From contig RSEE01000125.1 of the NCBI GenBank assembly GCA_003971905.1, positions 62,001-126,000 on the forward strand: a stretch of DNA of 64,000 nucleotides. Direction: 5' to 3'. The notes below the pieces were generated by a model, which was not told where the DNA came from, searched no databases, and saw only the letters and a program-made list of their open reading frames with translations. The DNA comes from Moniliella sp. 'wahieum'. Its lineage: Eukaryota. Positions 1-13,900 of this stretch are shown here, one piece after another (positions within the stretch are counted from its first letter, which is position 1; every line of letters begins with the position of its first letter). A program made the translations under genes and the position numbers.

Positions 1-2030
1 TGATCTCCATCATGTCTACTGTCGGTGTCGGGTCTGCCTACTCGACGGACATTTTCATCACGCAGCACGCGTACTATCGCCAGCATCTTATGCTGGCTAC
101 ATGATCCTCCTCACGCTTTCGACTCAGCTGATTGGTTTCTCTTTGCCGGTTTCTGTCGCCAGATTCTGGTCTGGCCCGCCTCAATGATTGGCCTAGTAAC
201 CTGACCCAGACCGCTTTCTTGTTTTCCATGCACGATGGCACAAGAGCCAGGCCCGGTGTTTCCGTGGATGGTCGCGTTTCAAGATGTTTCGGTGGTGGGA
301 TGCATCGTATTTGTGTGGGAATTTATCCCCAACTACCTCTTCACTGGTTTGGCTACCTTCTCTGGCCAGCATGGTGTGCACCCAAGAACAAGGGGTGTCA
401 ACCTCGTGTTTGGCGGCACTGGCGGCATTGGCTTCAACTTCATTTCATTGGATTGGCTCACCATCACCTCCGGGTTGGGCTCGCCCATTTACCAACCTTG
501 GTTCGCCATTGTCAACACTTTCACTGGCTACCTGATCATCATTTGCTTTGTAGCTCCAATCATGTGGCCACCAACACCAAGTACACGGGTTACTTCACCT
601 TCAGCAGTTCTGCCTTGTACGACCGCTTTGGCCAGTCCTACCAGGTCGGCTACGTGGTCAATGACCGTTTTGAGTTGGACAAGGACAAGTACGACTCTTA
701 CTCGAAAGAGTATCTGTCGGCAACCTTATCATCAGCTACTGTGTTGGTTTCGGAGCCATCACTAGGTACGTGCTGTTCTCCTCGGTGAGGTGCTCGGAAA
801 ATGTATCACTAACCCTGCTTATTCATGTGGCTCACATCAGTACACTGCACACTGCGCTTTGTACTACTCGAAGGACATCATCCGGCAAGTCAGGCGTTCG
901 CTCAACGAGGAACCCGACATTCATGCCCGTCTTATGTCGCGCTACCCTGAGGTTCCCACTACTGGTACGGCTTCACGTTCCTCCTCTCGTTCGCCTTAGC
1001 TGTCCCTTCGGTTTACGTGTATCACACCGACCTCCCCATCTGGCTGCTGATCGTGCCATCTTGATGAGCGCCGTCTACACCATCCCCATTGGAATCATTA
1101 CTGCTGTGACATCCAACGAAGTGGGTCTCAACGTGATCGCCGAAATGATTGTGGGTTATGCTTTGCCAGGCAAGCCCGTGGCCATGATGATTCAAGACCT
1201 TGGGTACATCTCCATGTCCCAGGCCGTCTCGTTTGTCAGTGATCTCAAGTTGGGTCATTACATGAAAGTTGCCTCCCCGTGACATGTTCTGGGCTCAGAT
1301 GGTGTCCACCTTCTGGGCATGTTTTGTGGCAAGTCGCCGTCACTGCCTTCCTCTTTGGCTCGACCCCAACCTGTGCAAGATCAACCCCCACGAGAAAGTC
1401 AGTCCTGCGCACTTTACCTGCGCTTCTCACACGTTCTACTCTGGTACGTTTCTCTCCTTTCCAACTGGCAACAATGAAAGTATCTGGCATCACTGACCCT
1501 GACAAATCGTCTTGTTCAACAGCGAGTATCATTTGGGGTCTCATTGGCCCGGCCCGCACGTTCGCAGTGGGTCAGACGTACGGTGCGTTGAACATCATGT
1601 TCTTGATTGGAGCTCTGATCCAATCCCGACGTGGCTGCTGGCTAAGAAGTACCCCAAATCGTGGGTGCGCTTGATCAACTGGCCCGTCTTCTTCTCCGCG
1701 ACGGGTATGATGCCGCCCCGCGTCGGGGATCACTTCACGTCGTGGTTTGTTGTCGGCTGGTTCTTCCAGTACTACCTCCGTCGTCACTACTTTGAATTCT
1801 GGTCGGACTACAACTACATTATCTCTTCCGGTCTCGATGCCGGCAGCGCCATCATCTCCTTCCTCATCTCGCTCTGCCTCGAGGTACCCAACACTAAAAA
1901 GCTTACCGTGGACAAGTGTTCAACGGGGACAACTTTGGTGGGGTAACAAAGTTGAGGCCAATAACTTGCAGGGCTCGCTTTCTTGACCATGAAGGAGGTT
2001 CTGCCAGGGCTTTGCGCCCGCGCCTAACGG
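1..2030 (+). CDS. OPT-family oligopeptide transporter (5' end outside window; several frame breaks; introns near 766-840 and 1444-1521)
   Basis: Fragments WPSNLTQTAFLFSMH, EEPDIHARLMSRYPEVP, GLNVIAEMIVGYALPGKPVAMM, FVSDLKLGHYMK, SIIWGLIGPARTF and YNYIISSGLDAG are OPT-family signatures. 3' end is approximate. Confidence 0.92.
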
Positions 2031-2275
2031 CCAGTGGCTGCCCAACCCCTTCGCGGCATCTCTTCCTCGAGCTGATCACACTTCTTTTGTGCTTAGCTTT
2101 CCGCCCTCCTGATGATCCCTTCTTGCACCGCTACAGCCAGGATCCTTCTATCCTTTTATACACGCCGTGAATTTGCTTCCCCTTGTTAATGTTCGATGCA
2201 CTCATAGTCAGATCCCAGCTCGCAGAGGCAAGTTTCAACCATGGATCACCTCAAAACTTATTGCATAGGATGCTA

Positions 2276-3574
2276 CTAGGATAGGGCCTGCGCATGAGCC
2301 CTCCACCTGGCCAAGTCTTCGTCTGAATCGGTCGAGACCGGGAACTTCTTTCGCGCCATACACCCACATGCCCATCTGAGCAAGCCGAAATGATCGTCGC
2401 CCCTTCCAACGGATCAGGGCCAGGGAGGAAAGGGCAGTGACGGACCAGACGGTGGTGGCCATGTGGGGGAGCAAAGCCAACTGTTCCCCCGTATCGGATG
2501 CCCAGACACGCACCGTGCCGTCCTCGCTGGCGCTCACAATACGTGGCGGTTGGGCCTCTTTTCCCGGTCAGGCACAGGTCGTACACCGAACTATCGTGCC
2601 CGACTAAAATCCGCACCAGCGCTGGCGCACCTGGTACTTGCTTCTTCCCCACCTCGGGAACAGGATCTTCCTGTCCTGCTAGCACAGTGGGCGCTCGAGC
2701 AAAATCAGCTTCTCCCTTGTCCAAATCCCAGATGATAATACGGCCATCGTTGCCTGATGATGCAAACCACAGCCCCGTCTCCTCATTGGAATCGGAGTGG
2801 GGGTCGGGAGTGGGGGCCCAGGCCAGACAGCCAATGTGCGCACCACATCATCATGGGCTTGGAATTGCTTAGTGATCGTAGTACCAACAAACAAGCGTAC
2901 CCGCAGATCAGCACAGGCAGTCAACGTTCGCTCTGCATCGATCAGTTTGACACTCCACACAACGCTTCCGTGCCCCCTGAGAATACGGAGCGCGGTCCAT
3001 TCGCCTCCCTCGGCTTCCGTGCCTGACCTCAGCACGGACCAAGTGTACACCCGCACCGACTGGTCCCACGACGCGCTGGCCAGGCGCGCTTCGCCGCCTC
3101 CACACCAGGTATCAAGACTGGTCACGTTGTCCCAGTGGTCCACCAGTTCTGAGTGGATGATCCACCGGCTTCCCCCGGCCAGCAGATGGGTGGCATCCAG
3201 GCTATCCAGCGCATAGGCGCGCACCACACCGTCCAGACTGCCCGTAACCACATGCGCGGGCATTCCCAGCTTGGGTGCAGCAGGGACAAGTACAACACTG
3301 TTAACGTAGCGAGTGGCACCGGAAAACGTCGCTTGCTGTGTCCAGGGATCTCGCGCGCTGGGGGTGGGGACGGAAAAGAGACGGCTGGTCAAGTCCCGGC
3401 TGGCGGTGGCCAGTAGCGCTGGGGCGCCAGGCACACAGAGACTGCGGACACACTTAACCTTTGTGGAGGTCGGCGGGGGGGGAGGCGTCAGGGAAGCACC
3501 GGGACGGAGGAGGGCAAGGGCGCACTCACATCGCTGGTATGGGCCGCCAGCAGCTGCACCAGCTCAAACGGCAT
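2276..3574 (-). CDS. WD40-repeat protein resembling the N-terminal beta-propeller of Doa1/Ufd3/PLAA, with no PFU/PUL domains seen
   Basis: Start MPFELVQLLAAHTSDV. WD repeats LATASRDLT, VTGSLDGVVR, LASASWDQSVRV, GHGSVVWSVK, AHDDVVRTLAV, GHDSSVYDL, SASEDGTVRVW and IISACSDGHVGVW. Pieces joined across frameshifts; one frame ends DEDLARWRAHAQALS* at 2276. Confidence 0.75.
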
Positions 3575-4413
3575 CCTCGTCGTTGTTGCCACGCAGGAAG
3601 GCGAAGCACCAGCAGACAGGTGGGGTGCGGTGGATGGGAAACAGGGAAGAGGGGGACGGCTACGAGGCGAGAGTGGTGGTGTGGTGGGGGGAGAGAAGTG
3701 ACTAGTGACTCGATCATTCAGCTCTTGGTGGTGGAGCCAGCAGCCAGTATCTAGCTTGAGCCACCAGGGCCCAGTTCCGCCCGCGGCCCCGTCCTGCGAG
3801 GGGAGGCGCGATGTGATATCGCATGTCACATGTCACGTGGCCCAGGCTGGGGAGCAGTTGACGTCACATGGATGCTGAAGACGAAATACGGAGCGAAGTA
3901 ATATGTAATGGATTGAGCCATCTGCATCACGGCCTTCTCGGAGGCTACCAGGAGCAGACCAGCTGGCAGCCCTCCATCGTGCATCGACCATACATGAGAA
4001 ACAACAACGCGATGGACATCAATCTCGTTGATCATCACATTTCGGATCGTGTGAGGGACGTGCGTGTGCTTGCATACTTTTGGGGACAGTTATAATATGC
4101 ACAAAAGAAAGGGGGAAGAGAGATGTTCCCGCTACACGCTCATGCACAATGAAAGGAGGCACCTCACAGGGGATGATTGTGTGCCAGAAACAAAACGAAG
4201 TGTTTCGCAAGAAGAGACAGAAACGGTGAAGAATGGACGAGGGATGGGGATGAAAGGTGGGAAGAAGAAAGGCGGAGAAGGAGAGAAAGGGACATTCCAA
4301 AATATACAGAGATCGAGGAAGGGACACACACGTGTAAATAGGAGGGAATGTTGTTCTTCTCTCATCCACATTCATCATATCCACAAAATATGAGCAGCCA
4401 CAAATGACCCATT

Positions 4414-6957
4414 TCAAGCCTTTTCGTCTTGCTCTTGGGGGTGCCCGGGCCGGGGTGACGGGTGGTGAGCGAGTCGCCTAGGGTGAGCAGCGGGGCGAGC
4501 TTGGCAGAACGATTAAAGCAAATGTAACGCTTGAACCAGTAGGGCAAGGTCTGGGTCAACTGATACTTGATGTATACCTTTTGTGGCACGGCAAACACTT
4601 GATCAATTTCTTCGAGCGTGAGTTGCTTGGTCTCCCGCACAAAGAGGAAGATGAAGATGAGAGAGAGCACGTTGGTGCCGGCGAAAAAACCAAAGGCACC
4701 TGTTGGTGTGAATACGGCCAACTGCGCTGGGAAGCAGATGGACACACCGCCGAAAGACCGAAGCAAACCGCGACAGACCATGCCATGCCCATCGAGCGCT
4801 GGGCCAGGGAAAGACCTCGGCTGAATAAGTAAAGGGCACCGGACCCTCGCCGGGCGAATAGCGCAAGTAAAGAGGTAAATGAACAGCGCAATGAACCCGA
4901 TGCGGACGTGCTTGTTGGATTCCGTGTCGGGGATCAAGAAGCAGAGACCGGCCGCCAAAAGGAAGAGGCCCATAAAGGGGAACGTCCACAACAGCAACGG
5001 CCGCCGTCCAAACCGATCAATCGTCCAGATAGCCGGGAAGCAAAAGACAAAGTTCAAAGCACCAAAGCCGATGGAGGCATTAAGCGGTATCGACACTGCC
5101 AGTGGCCTGTTGGAAAACCTGAGGATCAAAGGCGAAAAAATATGGTGTCAGTTCGATACTAACAAGCATGGTCTTCTCACAGCATGTGCCTTGCACCGCA
5201 CCGCAGCTGGGCCGCCGAGCAAATCCCAACTGGTGTGCACACCACAGGACCACAGCAATGAGAAGAAGCCTAGTTTAGAAAAGAACGAACCGTGCTCGAG
5301 TAAAAAGCGATGATGTTAATCCCACACGCTTGTTGTGCTGCCATCACAACGCTAGAGAAGAAGAGAAAGTCAGCACCACAATGGCCCATAAAAAGGTAAT
5401 GGGGAGGCATGGATGATGAAACATGTTGGGTAGAGAAGCATATACACACCTAGCCGCCACCGTTGCGCGCCGAACTCGAGGAATGGTGAACAGTTGCGTG
5501 AACTTCTGGAAGGCAGTTACTCCCTTGTTCATCTTTTTCTCTTCTTCGAGAAGAATATGAATGTAGTACAAGTCTCGCGCAGCCTGGAGTCGATGCTTCC
5601 GTAGCCTCAGCAAGCTCTTAAACGCTTCTTCGTACCGACCCTTTCCGATGAGCCAACGTGCGCTCTCGGGCAGTAAAAGACAAGAAGCGTCAATGGGACA
5701 GCAGGGATGAAGGCAGAACCAAGCTGCAAGCGCCAGGCCATGTCCCTCCCAGTGTTTTTGACAATCACGTTGGCCACAGTTCCAATCTGGATACCAAAGA
5801 ATGAGAGCATACGTCAGTGTCCATGCTCGCCCGTCCTTTTTGACGAGACTCATTCCACAGTCCTTCTTGAGGCATTGGGTCGAATGCCCCGAAGTATGTG
5901 CCTAGCCCGATTGACAGGTGTGAAGAACCAGAGGATGAGAGGAGACGTACGAAGATACCAAATGCTGTTAGAAGTTGCCAGTTGAGCACCAGTGCGCCTC
6001 GGATTGCAGCTGGTACCTGTTCAGCGGCAAATACAGGGGTGGTTGAGCCCTTGATGCCCATTCCAACTCCAAGGAGAAGGCGGACAATGAGCAGTTCCCA
6101 CCACTTTTGGGTCAGGCCAGAGCAGATGGGGGTGATGATGAGAATAGTCCACAGAGAAAGATTGCACCACGCCGACCCCACATGCCATTGATCCAATCGG
6201 TAATCCAACATCCAATCAGTGCCGAACCGAGGTACGGCCCAGCGTTGACGATGCCCAAAAGCCAAGTGTTTCGGTACCAGTGTGGCGAGTACCCTGGTTT
6301 GGTCGGATCTGACTCGTTGGGAATACCAATAATGGTGGTCATAGTCGTGTTGGCAGCGTTGGAACCTAACATGGACGAAAAGGAAGGATGAAAAACAAAG
6401 AAGATGAGCAAGTGCACAGACATATAACAAAATCCAACGCGAGATCCTCAGAAAGAGAAGGGGAGGAAGTCACCACGTACCTGTCTGATCCCAACCCTGT
6501 GTCGCGGCACCAAGAGACAGACCAAGATGGTAATGTAGAGCGTCCACGTCTGGGACCATTGGTGGGCCTGCTCGTATTCGAGCGCGTCACGCTCATCGGG
6601 CAAAAGTTCGGGGATGTTGCTCCAGGCATGGGGAGACTGGGCCACTAAGGCGCCCCGTTGAAAAAGCTCTGTATGCTGCGCCAAGCCTTTGCTCTGGGCA
6701 AAGTTGGTTGCGTCCGCAAGTAGCTTTGTGCGTGGGACCCCCTCGAGCGGGTTACTAATCTTGCCAGACATGTTGCGACTGAGATCGAGCGAGGGGATGG
6801 CAACGTCGCTACCAGCGCCGTGCACTTTCTCCTCATCCACGCCGCGTTCATCATTGGAGGGAAATGCGTCGAGAGTGTCGAGCACGAGCGGGCCAGCAGG
6901 CCCCTCCTCGTTGGCAAGTGCCTTCTTCTCCTTGCCCCAATCGTCGACGTTGGCCAT
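4414..6957 (-). CDS. MFS sugar porter (myo-inositol/polyol transporter-like), multi-exon
   Basis: RLLLGVGMGIKGSTTPVFAAEQVPAAIRGALVLNWQL, PESARWLIGKGRYEEAFKSL, WTIDRFGRRPLLL, YSPGEGPVPFTYSAEVFP and VRETKQLTLEEIDQVF are sugar-porter motifs. End is approximate. Confidence 0.92.
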
Positions 6958-9900
6958 ATGTGCAGGGGGTGATGGAGGGGGAGGTGAAAGGGGTTGGCTG
7001 GGATATGGGTCCTCGTCACCGTCTGCCGTGTCTTGTATTTGTACTTGTGGGGCCGCAGCATTGGGGCAGAGTAACTAGGAACTCGTAACCAGTAAGGCTT
7101 AAGGACGCGCGTGTGTGTGGTGCAGCAGGCACCAAGGCACAGAGAGATGGATCGTGCCTGTGATCAGCGGGCTATACCGTGGCGGATATCGGATCGCCCG
7201 CTTCGAGGGGATTGTTATAGCCAAGGGCAGCCGTCGGGGCGCGGCGGGCAGGGGGCAGTGTTGGTGGTGTGGGGGGGCGTGCGGTGTGGTGCTGGGCGTT
7301 GGCTGGCGTTCCTCGCAGGGGTAAAACATCCGACTGCCGAAAGCCCCGGGCCGCAGCGGCGGCGATTGGCGATTTGCGGCGGCACAGGGCGGCACAAGGC
7401 GGCACACCGGCAGCACGCAGCACCCGGTGCGGGGCCAGCCAGAGTGCCCCGGGCCAGCTCAGATCTCAGAGTGCTCAGGTGCCCAGGCGATCCGGCCTCA
7501 GGCGCCCGGGCCAGCTCGCGCCGCCACTCAATGCGGGGCCCCAATCGAAGGACCGGTCTCACCTGCACCCCGCACCACAGCACTTTCGCCACGCAGGGTC
7601 TGGCCCCCGCCACCGCCATTCCGCAACCACAGGCGTCCCCAGCCGCCCCAGGCTATCCCGTGGCGTCATGTCCCCCGATTACCCGGCCATTGTACTTGAT
7701 CGCTACAGTCACTAGCCTCTCCCCCTGGTCGCTCCAGGTTTCTCCGGTTAATCCTTCCTACTATACGAGGCTTATTCGCGAGCTCCAAGTGGCTTCCCGC
7801 TTCATGGACCACAGCCAACAAAGCACTTGTAAGACAGTAATCGCCAATCACTAGCACTAGTCAAGCTAGTCGCCCAAAAAGTCACTATAGCAACTATAGT
7901 CAAGTATTCATATTCACTGGCCATACAGCAGAACCCCATGCAATGCGCGCAACCGCGGTGCATAGCGGGCGACAAAAGTGCTGCTGAGATGCGTGCCTGT
8001 GTGCCTCACAAGGCCCCTGTGAGACCTGACCGGACCCGAACCTCGAGGCTTAGCGCTTAGCCTAAGCGCTTATGTGAGAGACCGGCTTTGGCCCAGAGGG
8101 AAAAGAAGCCGCAGGGCACGAGAGTTGGGCCGAAAATGCCGTATCGTGTGAGCGTCTGTGCGAACCCACTCTGCAGCCTCTCTTGAGTTTCTCTTGTGTC
8201 CATATTCTATGCATCCCCATGATCTATGTACATGCGCCCCACACTCTTTCGCATCATGCCATCATGGCGATAGTTGAGAGACAATGCCCCCCCTTTTCCG
8301 TACGTGGGGCGTGCGGGGGTGCCGCGACGCCAGCAATTAAAGTTGGGGAACTCGATGAAGCTTGAAGCTTGAAGCTTGAAGAGCAATTTGGTCAACAATT
8401 ATTTTAAAACTGACCCCAGGCCCTCACAGGCCTGAGTCTCAGGTCCCTGCTTAATCACTTAATCCTGATACTGTGGGGTATAGGAACACGTTTTTAGGTA
8501 CCAAAGAGGAGATACTTTCGCAGCAGAGAGAAGCATTTCTCCTCCCAACATACTGTGGTTTGCGGAGAGGGTCCAACGTCTTCGGCGTTGAACGTACGTT
8601 GAACGTAGTTGACACGTTGACCATTGCACGTTTTTTAAAGCTTGAAAAGCTTGAAGCTTGAAGGGGCTTTTGTCGTCTCTCAAGTGTCGGGTGCCTCTCA
8701 AATGCTGTGTCATCGATCTACGGCATATATCCAGACTAAGATCTAAAAAGGGGCACACCCCGGAGTACTGTGGATCGATCAAAGGCGTGGCACTAGCAGT
8801 GTTGTGCTGCAGAACAGGACACTCTCCGACGAACACAGTGCAGTCTACAGGAGGAGTGGTGGCCAGTCAATCGGTCACAAAGAGCGGGAACGAGGTTACG
8901 CGTTGCGAGTGAAGTGCAGAGCAGAGCGGTGGTGTGGAGAGACAGGAGATTCACTAGCTGTATGGCATGAACTGGCTTTGTGCCCCAGAGCCATGGTACC
9001 AGCCTAAGCAGCCGCTATCCCCCCACATCACAATAACGTTTGCATCATCATCAAAAACGTTTTCCTGTAGACATGGTGATACTCACCAGTCACAACAGCA
9101 GAAGGAGCACCAATCACATGGCGCGGCTCAATTGTGGGCTGGCGGATGAACCCTTGGGGCATAAAAAATCGGGGAGAAGTCAATATGTCGGAGCTGCTCT
9201 GGTGTTAGAGTATCCATGGAGAGAGTCTCGCGCTTTCTTTTCTGTTGGGTACCCGCAAATCATGATGTTGGCTTTGGATCTCAGGAGTGCATTTATCTTT
9301 TTTCATCAGGTCGATTATCATCTCGGCATCTTATCTGCTGTGTATAAATTGTGTCGGTCGTGTATAACGGAATTGCGCAAGTGACTGAAAGGAGAGCACC
9401 CTCCCAGACTGAGTGTACTAGTATTTCGACATGTTTTCTCCATGTTAACATCCCGCCATAGTTCTTTTCTTCGTTCCTCTGCCATCGCAGCAGCTAACAT
9501 TAAACTGTGGGATGCCAGCCTTCGCCCAAGGACAAGTCCTACGTCAGTCGTTGCCCATGCGGCGCATCGACGACATCCTTGATGTACCACACGAAAAGCA
9601 GATGATGCCCCACGATATGCTGGACCTCACCTATCTCCGTTCAGATGTATCACCAATATCACCAAAGGTATTTACCCCCTATAAAGCCTTTTGAGTACTA
9701 GGCTCTCCTCCATAAGATTGCGGTATGTCAATCGCGCGTCGACGTTTCCGAATTATCCGCGCAAAGTACAGACCGTGGTGAAGTCACCAGCTCTGCTCCC
9801 ACGTCCTCAGCCGCGTGCATGGAATGGTGGATAACCACACCAGTGACTACCGGTTACCGGTTATCGAGGTTATCATCAATCATACCCAACTCGTTATCCG

Positions 9901-10965
9901 CTTGACCGGCCTGGCCGCCGGTGACCGTGACCGAAGCTGGGCCGTAGCAGGCCGCAGCACCGATCCTGGTAAGCTACTGTCAGTGAGAGTAGGAATGGAT
10001 AGGTTCAGAGATCTGATTATGTATAGCGCTTAGCTCTGTGGCTTGTTTCCCCGTCAGCTCACGGGGCTCACCACAGAACATCACATGCCCACGCTGAGCG
10101 TAACCCCTTCCGTCACACCCAGCAGCGCAGCACGCGCAGCACTCTCGTTGGTCCCATTCTCGGCGCACGATAGGATCGATGAGATATCTTCGCGAGTGCA
10201 CGGATTACACTGATAATTACGTGGGCACCGTGATCAGGTGACCACAACTCCCCACGGAAAGAATGAGCCTATTGAATTGATGAGATGCCATGGTGGACTG
10301 CGGTCGAAGGGATATACCAACGTTCAACCCGAGTTCGGGGGTGGACAGAGGATTCAAGTGGCAGCAGTGCAGGCCGACATAGAATGACAACACGAAGGGA
10401 GAACGAGCACAACAAGGGAGAAACGAGCACAACACGCAAGCGCAGGGGCAAGGTCCAAGGGTTATCTCATGCAGTCCTCAATCCTTTTGAGATTCGGGTT
10501 ACGATTAGTCGATCATCCGATCAGGGACCTCATTTGCTGAGCATACGAGCACTGAGTACTCACTGAGGGCTGCGCCTCAGCGCACTGCTCACTGACCTCG
10601 GTACTCAGGATACCCAAGCTGAGTACGAGCAGCTCTCTCTCGGCGTGACCACGGCCGACACCGAGCCGGGGTCACCCATGGAGTCATCGGCCGGTGCCAT
10701 TTCCTGTCAAAGAAAGCGGAACGTGGCAGTCACGTGGCGGTGCTCAGCGATGGATGGTGGGTGATCGCTGGAGTCTCAATATGCGCGAGGCGGCGGGTGG
10801 CCGCCGAGACACTGGCGCTGTGCCGGGGGGGGGTGTGAGACAGCCGTGCGGCCACGTGCATAACCTCAGACCAGACGAACTTCCCCACCGCCATCTGCCC
10901 ATCCCCCCCCTGCCCCCCCCACCACCTCCTCCGCCCCGCCCCCGCCCCTCGCCCTCGCCCTCCCG

Positions 10966-13900
10966 ATGCCCGCGGGCACTGGCGAGCACCAGCCGCGCCG
11001 GCAGACGGCCAAGGCGGGACTGGCGCGCACGGCCAAGTACATTTTCCATCCTGCCGCCCGCCGCCCGCGCGAGCCTCCGACCCCCACCTCGACGCCCACC
11101 ACCTCGGCGGCCTCCCCCGCCCACGCCACTCCTTCCCTCCTCGCCCGGCCCGGGCTGCAGCGCGCCCTGACCGCACCCTCCCTTGCGCAGCAACACCTTC
11201 CGCCCGTCTCCATTTCGGCGGATGTGGCTGACCCGTTGGCCACCGCAATGGTCGCGATGCCCACCCCACCCATGTCCGAGTCGGACGAAGGCGCCGACTC
11301 GCGCAGAGGGTGAATCGAGCGAAGCGGGATACACCCCAAGGAGCACAACCGAGTTGGGAAACGTGCACGTACCCGTTTGGTTTCGCTTCAGGCAGCGCCA
11401 GCCTCGCGCTTGGGCCCCCTCGTCCGAACCCGAGGATACGGCGTGGACATCGGACGACATGGAATGCGATAGCGCTGACGCGGGAGACGAAGGTTTACTC
11501 TCTGAATCGGATGCGGCAGAGCTTCCGTACCATTTGCTCGCCCACCCATGATGCCCTCTCATTCGGTCCGGTCAGCTGCTGGAGGGTGGGCAGACTGGAT
11601 TGTCGAGGAGCAGGCCGCTGCCAGCCGCTCGGATTCTCCCTCGTCGGTTCGAGGCGTGCGCAACTTGACCCTCTCACCTGGAATGACATCCTCCTCTCTT
11701 CGCCGCGGCTGCCCCGTACCTCGCAATCCTCCCTGGCCCACCCTGTACTGGATTACGTTTCGGGCGACGCTACAGATGCCCTGACAGACGTGGAATCTGA
11801 CTCGGACCAGGAACCCGACGAGTACCGGACGACTGAAGACCTAATGACCCCTAGGGGAAGGCAATCGCTCCGTCCGTTGCCCTCTTTACCGCCGTCGGGG
11901 GAATTGCGGCCTCCCCTTCCCGGCATGGCCATTCCCACACCTCAAGTCAAGGAAAGATGCATCCTCTTCACCCACACCGTCTCCGAGGGGTAGGAACGGC
12001 ATGCGCACTCTGGGTAGAGAAGTTGGCACGTTTCCGCTCAAGATGGGCCGAGGGATCACAAATGGTCCACTCGTTCCTCGAGAGGTCTTTCCGGCTCATT
12101 GATGCCCACCGATGCGCTGACGACCGAGTCGGAGCCCGAGCGTCCACTCAACCCCCAGACGGCGCCACAAGAACCCTGCCCACCTGTTCCGGCGCACGGA
12201 CATGCCACTCGAAGCCAGCCGGACCACCAAGATTGGCAAGGTGGCACGGTACGCTGTTCCCGCCGTGCCTCGCATGCGGATGCGACGTCCTCCCGAAGGA
12301 GGGGTGCCAATGCGGCACTCGCTCTCGGTGCGTTCGGTGCATTCGGTTCACACGCTGCGCTCCCACCCCCGTCGGGCATCCCAGTCGACGTCCACGTTGA
12401 TTGGCGGTCCCTCGCAGCGCAAACGTTTGTCGATGCAAAAGCGGCAGAGCAGACACGCCGCCGCCCGGAGGGTCTTGGCGACTGGCACTGCTATGAGCAA
12501 AGGAACGACTCGTACCGTGCATGCGGCCGCGTCGGCCACCAGTACCGCTGCGCCTCGCTGCTTCTGCCCCCCTGGGTCGGCGACGAACGCGTAAAGACCA
12601 CCCCCACCGGCGGCGCAGGCGACGGGATCGCCAGTTCGCCTTCCAACAGGACCTGGGCAAGACGGTGGTGGGCGTGGTGATGCTCGAGGTGGTGGGGGCA
12701 AGTGATCTACCCAAGTACCGCAACAGTATGTCCTTTCCTTTTCATCTTGATATCTTTGCCTTGCTGACTTGGGACTGCTAGTGGCGCGTACCGGCTGGGA
12801 CATGGACCCGTTTGCGATCATTCGTTCGGACGCAAAGTATTCCGGACGAGGGTGGTGCGACACTCGTTGAATCCGGTGTGGAACGAGAAGATCCTTTCCA
12901 AGTACGGAGATACGAAACGGCGTTCCGCACCACGGTGGCTGTGTACGACTGGGACCGACTGTCAACACATGACTTTGTGGGCCAAACGTATGTTCCTGTA
13001 ATGCAACTGATCGATGCGGCCCCCAAGCCCGGACCTGATGGACTATACGCGCATGTGGTCGGAGAGGGAAGGAGCCAGCAGAGAACGATGTGACGCATGT
13101 GTCAGATTGGACCTCGTTCGAGCTCCGCTACTCCCTCGCACCGACAAGTCGACGCACAGTGCCCCAGTAACCGATGCTACCGTACCACTGAGTATGACAC
13201 CCGTCGCCTCCCCGTCGCCTCCTCCCGTAGTCCATGACAGGGGGGCAAGCGAAGGTCCAAACTGCTTCACGTCAATCGCAGCCTCCCGCCGTCCGCCCCG
13301 TCCACACTGGCAGCTACGCCCATTAAAGGCCTGTCCCCCCCCAAGGGACGCCGCCTGCCTTCACCCCGCCTCACACGCCGGGCTGGGAGAAACGCCGGAG
13401 GGGTCCCGGGACAAAACGCCCATCCTCCGGCTGCGAGCCAAGTTTACCCCGTATGCGCTGCTGCGGCAAACGTTCTGGATGCACGTGTTGCGACAGTACG
13501 ATCCGCAGCACCGTGGTGGGGTGATGCTAGAGGACATGTGTGCGCTCTTATCAAGTCTGGGCTCGACACTGTCTCCCCACACTGTGCAAGGTTGGTTTGA
13601 TACAGTCCTGCCGCTCCCGTGGAGATCCTCCCATACGGCGCAGCGATCCTTGCGCTGGAGCGAGAGATTCAGCGGCCCTGGACGCAAAAGCGGCCGGTAC
13701 ATGAGTTGGTTGTGGACCACCTCGGTGTGGAGCCAGAGGAGGTGGAGGAAGTTGATCTGGAGATTGAAACTGGGTTGGAAGGTTTCTCCAGCACAGCCAG
13801 TGCCGATGACCCCTTGGCTCCTCCTCGTGAGCAAGGCCACGCGCATCCTATCGCCCGACCCACTCCATTGCACCCACGTCATGGCAGAATCCGGAGACTC

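Noticed and set aside
7860..10700. Lower-GC 3-kb intergenic stretch as a possible transposon
   Set aside because: No transposase or RT motif, and no convincing terminal repeats or target-site duplication; only short hairpins and word clusters.
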